In this document: positions 18,861-20,000 of the stretch, piece by piece
Layout of the letters: every line of letters starts with the position of its first letter
How positions within the stretch are numbered: the stretch's first letter is position 1
Source of the DNA: Rhizaria sp. SCN 62-66
Lineage: Eukaryota
Length of the DNA: 20,000 nt
Reading direction: 5' to 3'
NCBI GenBank assembly: GCA_001724265.1
Contig: MEDY01000129.1
Location: 48,754 to 68,753, forward strand
Notes under the pieces: generated by a model
Database searches by the model: none
What the model saw: the letters and a program-made list of their open reading frames with translations, nothing else
What the model was told of the DNA's origin: nothing
Made by a program: the position numbers and the translations under genes

Positions 18861-19981
18861 TCTGCCTCCAGCGCAAGCACACGTTGCTGGTTGGCATCGG
18901 CTTGTGCAGCGACATCGGTTGCCACAGCGTCCACGCACAGCTGCAATGCGCGCGCCTGCTGCACAACGTCAGGGAACGACACGCTGCAACATACACGCAA
19001 CACAGTAGTGTTGTTGCTTGTCTTGGTGTTCTTCTTTTTGTGTTGAGACGGCGCAACGTTTAGTGCTGTTGGAAAGCCCACCGTGATGACGGCTGTGTGT
19101 CCGTTTCCTGATTCAACAGCAGACGCTGCGTTCTTAGCGTTGATGTCGGACTCCGCATGAGACTTACTTTCGTTTGCATCCTCACACACACCATTATTGC
19201 CTCCTGTTAACCACACCTGGCCGGATCCGCGAGTCTGGCCTTGGTTACTACTTTCCGACTTCACGCCAACAGTGACGGTTACGTTGACGCAGCCAAAAGT
19301 GCTTGCAATCGTTGTGAAAGGAGGAGTAGAAACAGACACGTCAGCAGTGGCAGCCGCATCTACAGCTTTGAATGCGAAGTTATCAATAGATGGAGCACTT
19401 ACATTGCCGTTGATGTGGCAGTCTTCATCGTCGTCGCTATCGTCGTCGTTGGTGGAGACAAGCTTATCAACAGCGAGCGCGCGTGCACCACAGGCCTTAT
19501 AGAGCGCGCTCAGGGCCTTCCACATTGGCTCTGCCGTCACCTTGCACTCAAGCCCACATGCGCAGCGCGCGTTTACGCCCTCCACGCCGGCGCCACTGAC
19601 ACGCACACCGGAGCTGCTAGACAAAGGCTTGGACGTGCAGTTGCAGCCACGGCGCGCACTGAAACTAAAGCGCACACCGCACACCTCAGCTGTGCCCAAG
19701 GCGAAGTCGGTGGCGAGCGCAGAAGCAGGAACATCAGCCTCAATAACAACTTCGCGCGGGGTCGTGGTCGTAGCGGCATCAGCGAGTGCGGCTTCGAAAG
19801 CTTTGCGCGCGGCTGCATACTTGATGTTACTGATTTCCAGCTCAGGACCCACGCTCGCGGGCCAGCCAGGGCTTGCTGCAACAAGTGCGGCCAACGCCGT
19901 GACCTCGGGCGCATCGACAGATTTGCTGATGCCTTCGAGGTCGCTGCGTGCCTTTGCGAGCCTCTTCTCTTCAGCACTCAT
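18677..19981 (-). CDS. Unknown protein with a Cys-containing N-terminal region and C-terminal coiled-coil repeats (434 aa under the standard code; possibly ~732 aa extending to 17782)
   Basis: Long ORF; ATG 3 nt after a gcgCAG acceptor, like the other genes; a paralogous fragment exists nearby; no family recognised. The frame is open to the window edge, so an upstream exon is not excluded. Confidence 0.55.
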   Translation of the reverse strand: MSAEEKRLAKARSDLEGISKSVDAPEVTALAALVAASPGWPASVGPELEISNIKYAAARKAFEAALADAATTTTPREVVIEADVPASALATDFALGTAEVCGVRFSFSARRGCNCTSKPLSSSSGVRVSGAGVEGVNARCACGLECKVTAEPMWKALSALYKACGARALAVDKLVSTNDDDSDDDEDCHINGNVSAPSIDNFAFKAVDAAATADVSVSTPPFTTIASTFGCVNVTVTVGVKSESSNQGQTRGSGQVWLTGGNNGVCEDANESKSHAESDINAKNAASAVESGNGHTAVITVGFPTALNVAPSQHKKKNTKTSNNTTVLRVCCSVSFPDVVQQARALQLCVDAVATDVAAQADANQQRVLALEAENKVWQQCKVDYDKKMRLLESDKETSQNMQRALETEKLSWQKCKVDYDNSIRLLESDKKTS

Positions 19982-20000
19982 TGACTGCGCAGTGTACAGC

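Overview
Gene-dense eukaryotic (protist-like) nuclear DNA with GC-rich exons and short GT-AG introns; all five introns I could reconstruct start GTACG. Six intact genes: a Spinster-like MFS transporter (+, 4 exons), a membrane-anchored tandem CDGSH [2Fe-2S] protein (-, 2 exons), a SANT + C2H2 zinc-finger regulator (-), a mitochondrion-targeted DauA-like FAD D-amino-acid dehydrogenase (+), V-ATPase subunit C (-, 2 exons) and mitochondrial citrate synthase (+). The last ~3.5 kb holds an unrecognised coiled-coil gene and a mosaic partial duplicate of it. Most striking observations: (1) all seven genes have a YAG 3' splice acceptor upstream of the ATG (0-8 nt away in six), mostly with no matching donor, suggesting spliced-leader trans-splicing; (2) the unknown gene reads on as plausible protein through six in-frame TAG codons and one +1 frameshift, suggesting either TAG=Gln decoding or CAG-specific C>T decay; (3) the CDGSH protein combines a TM anchor, a Cys-rich segment, two Fe-S motifs and a C-terminal ATG8-interacting-like motif. 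All family assignments come from motif recognition, not from database searches.
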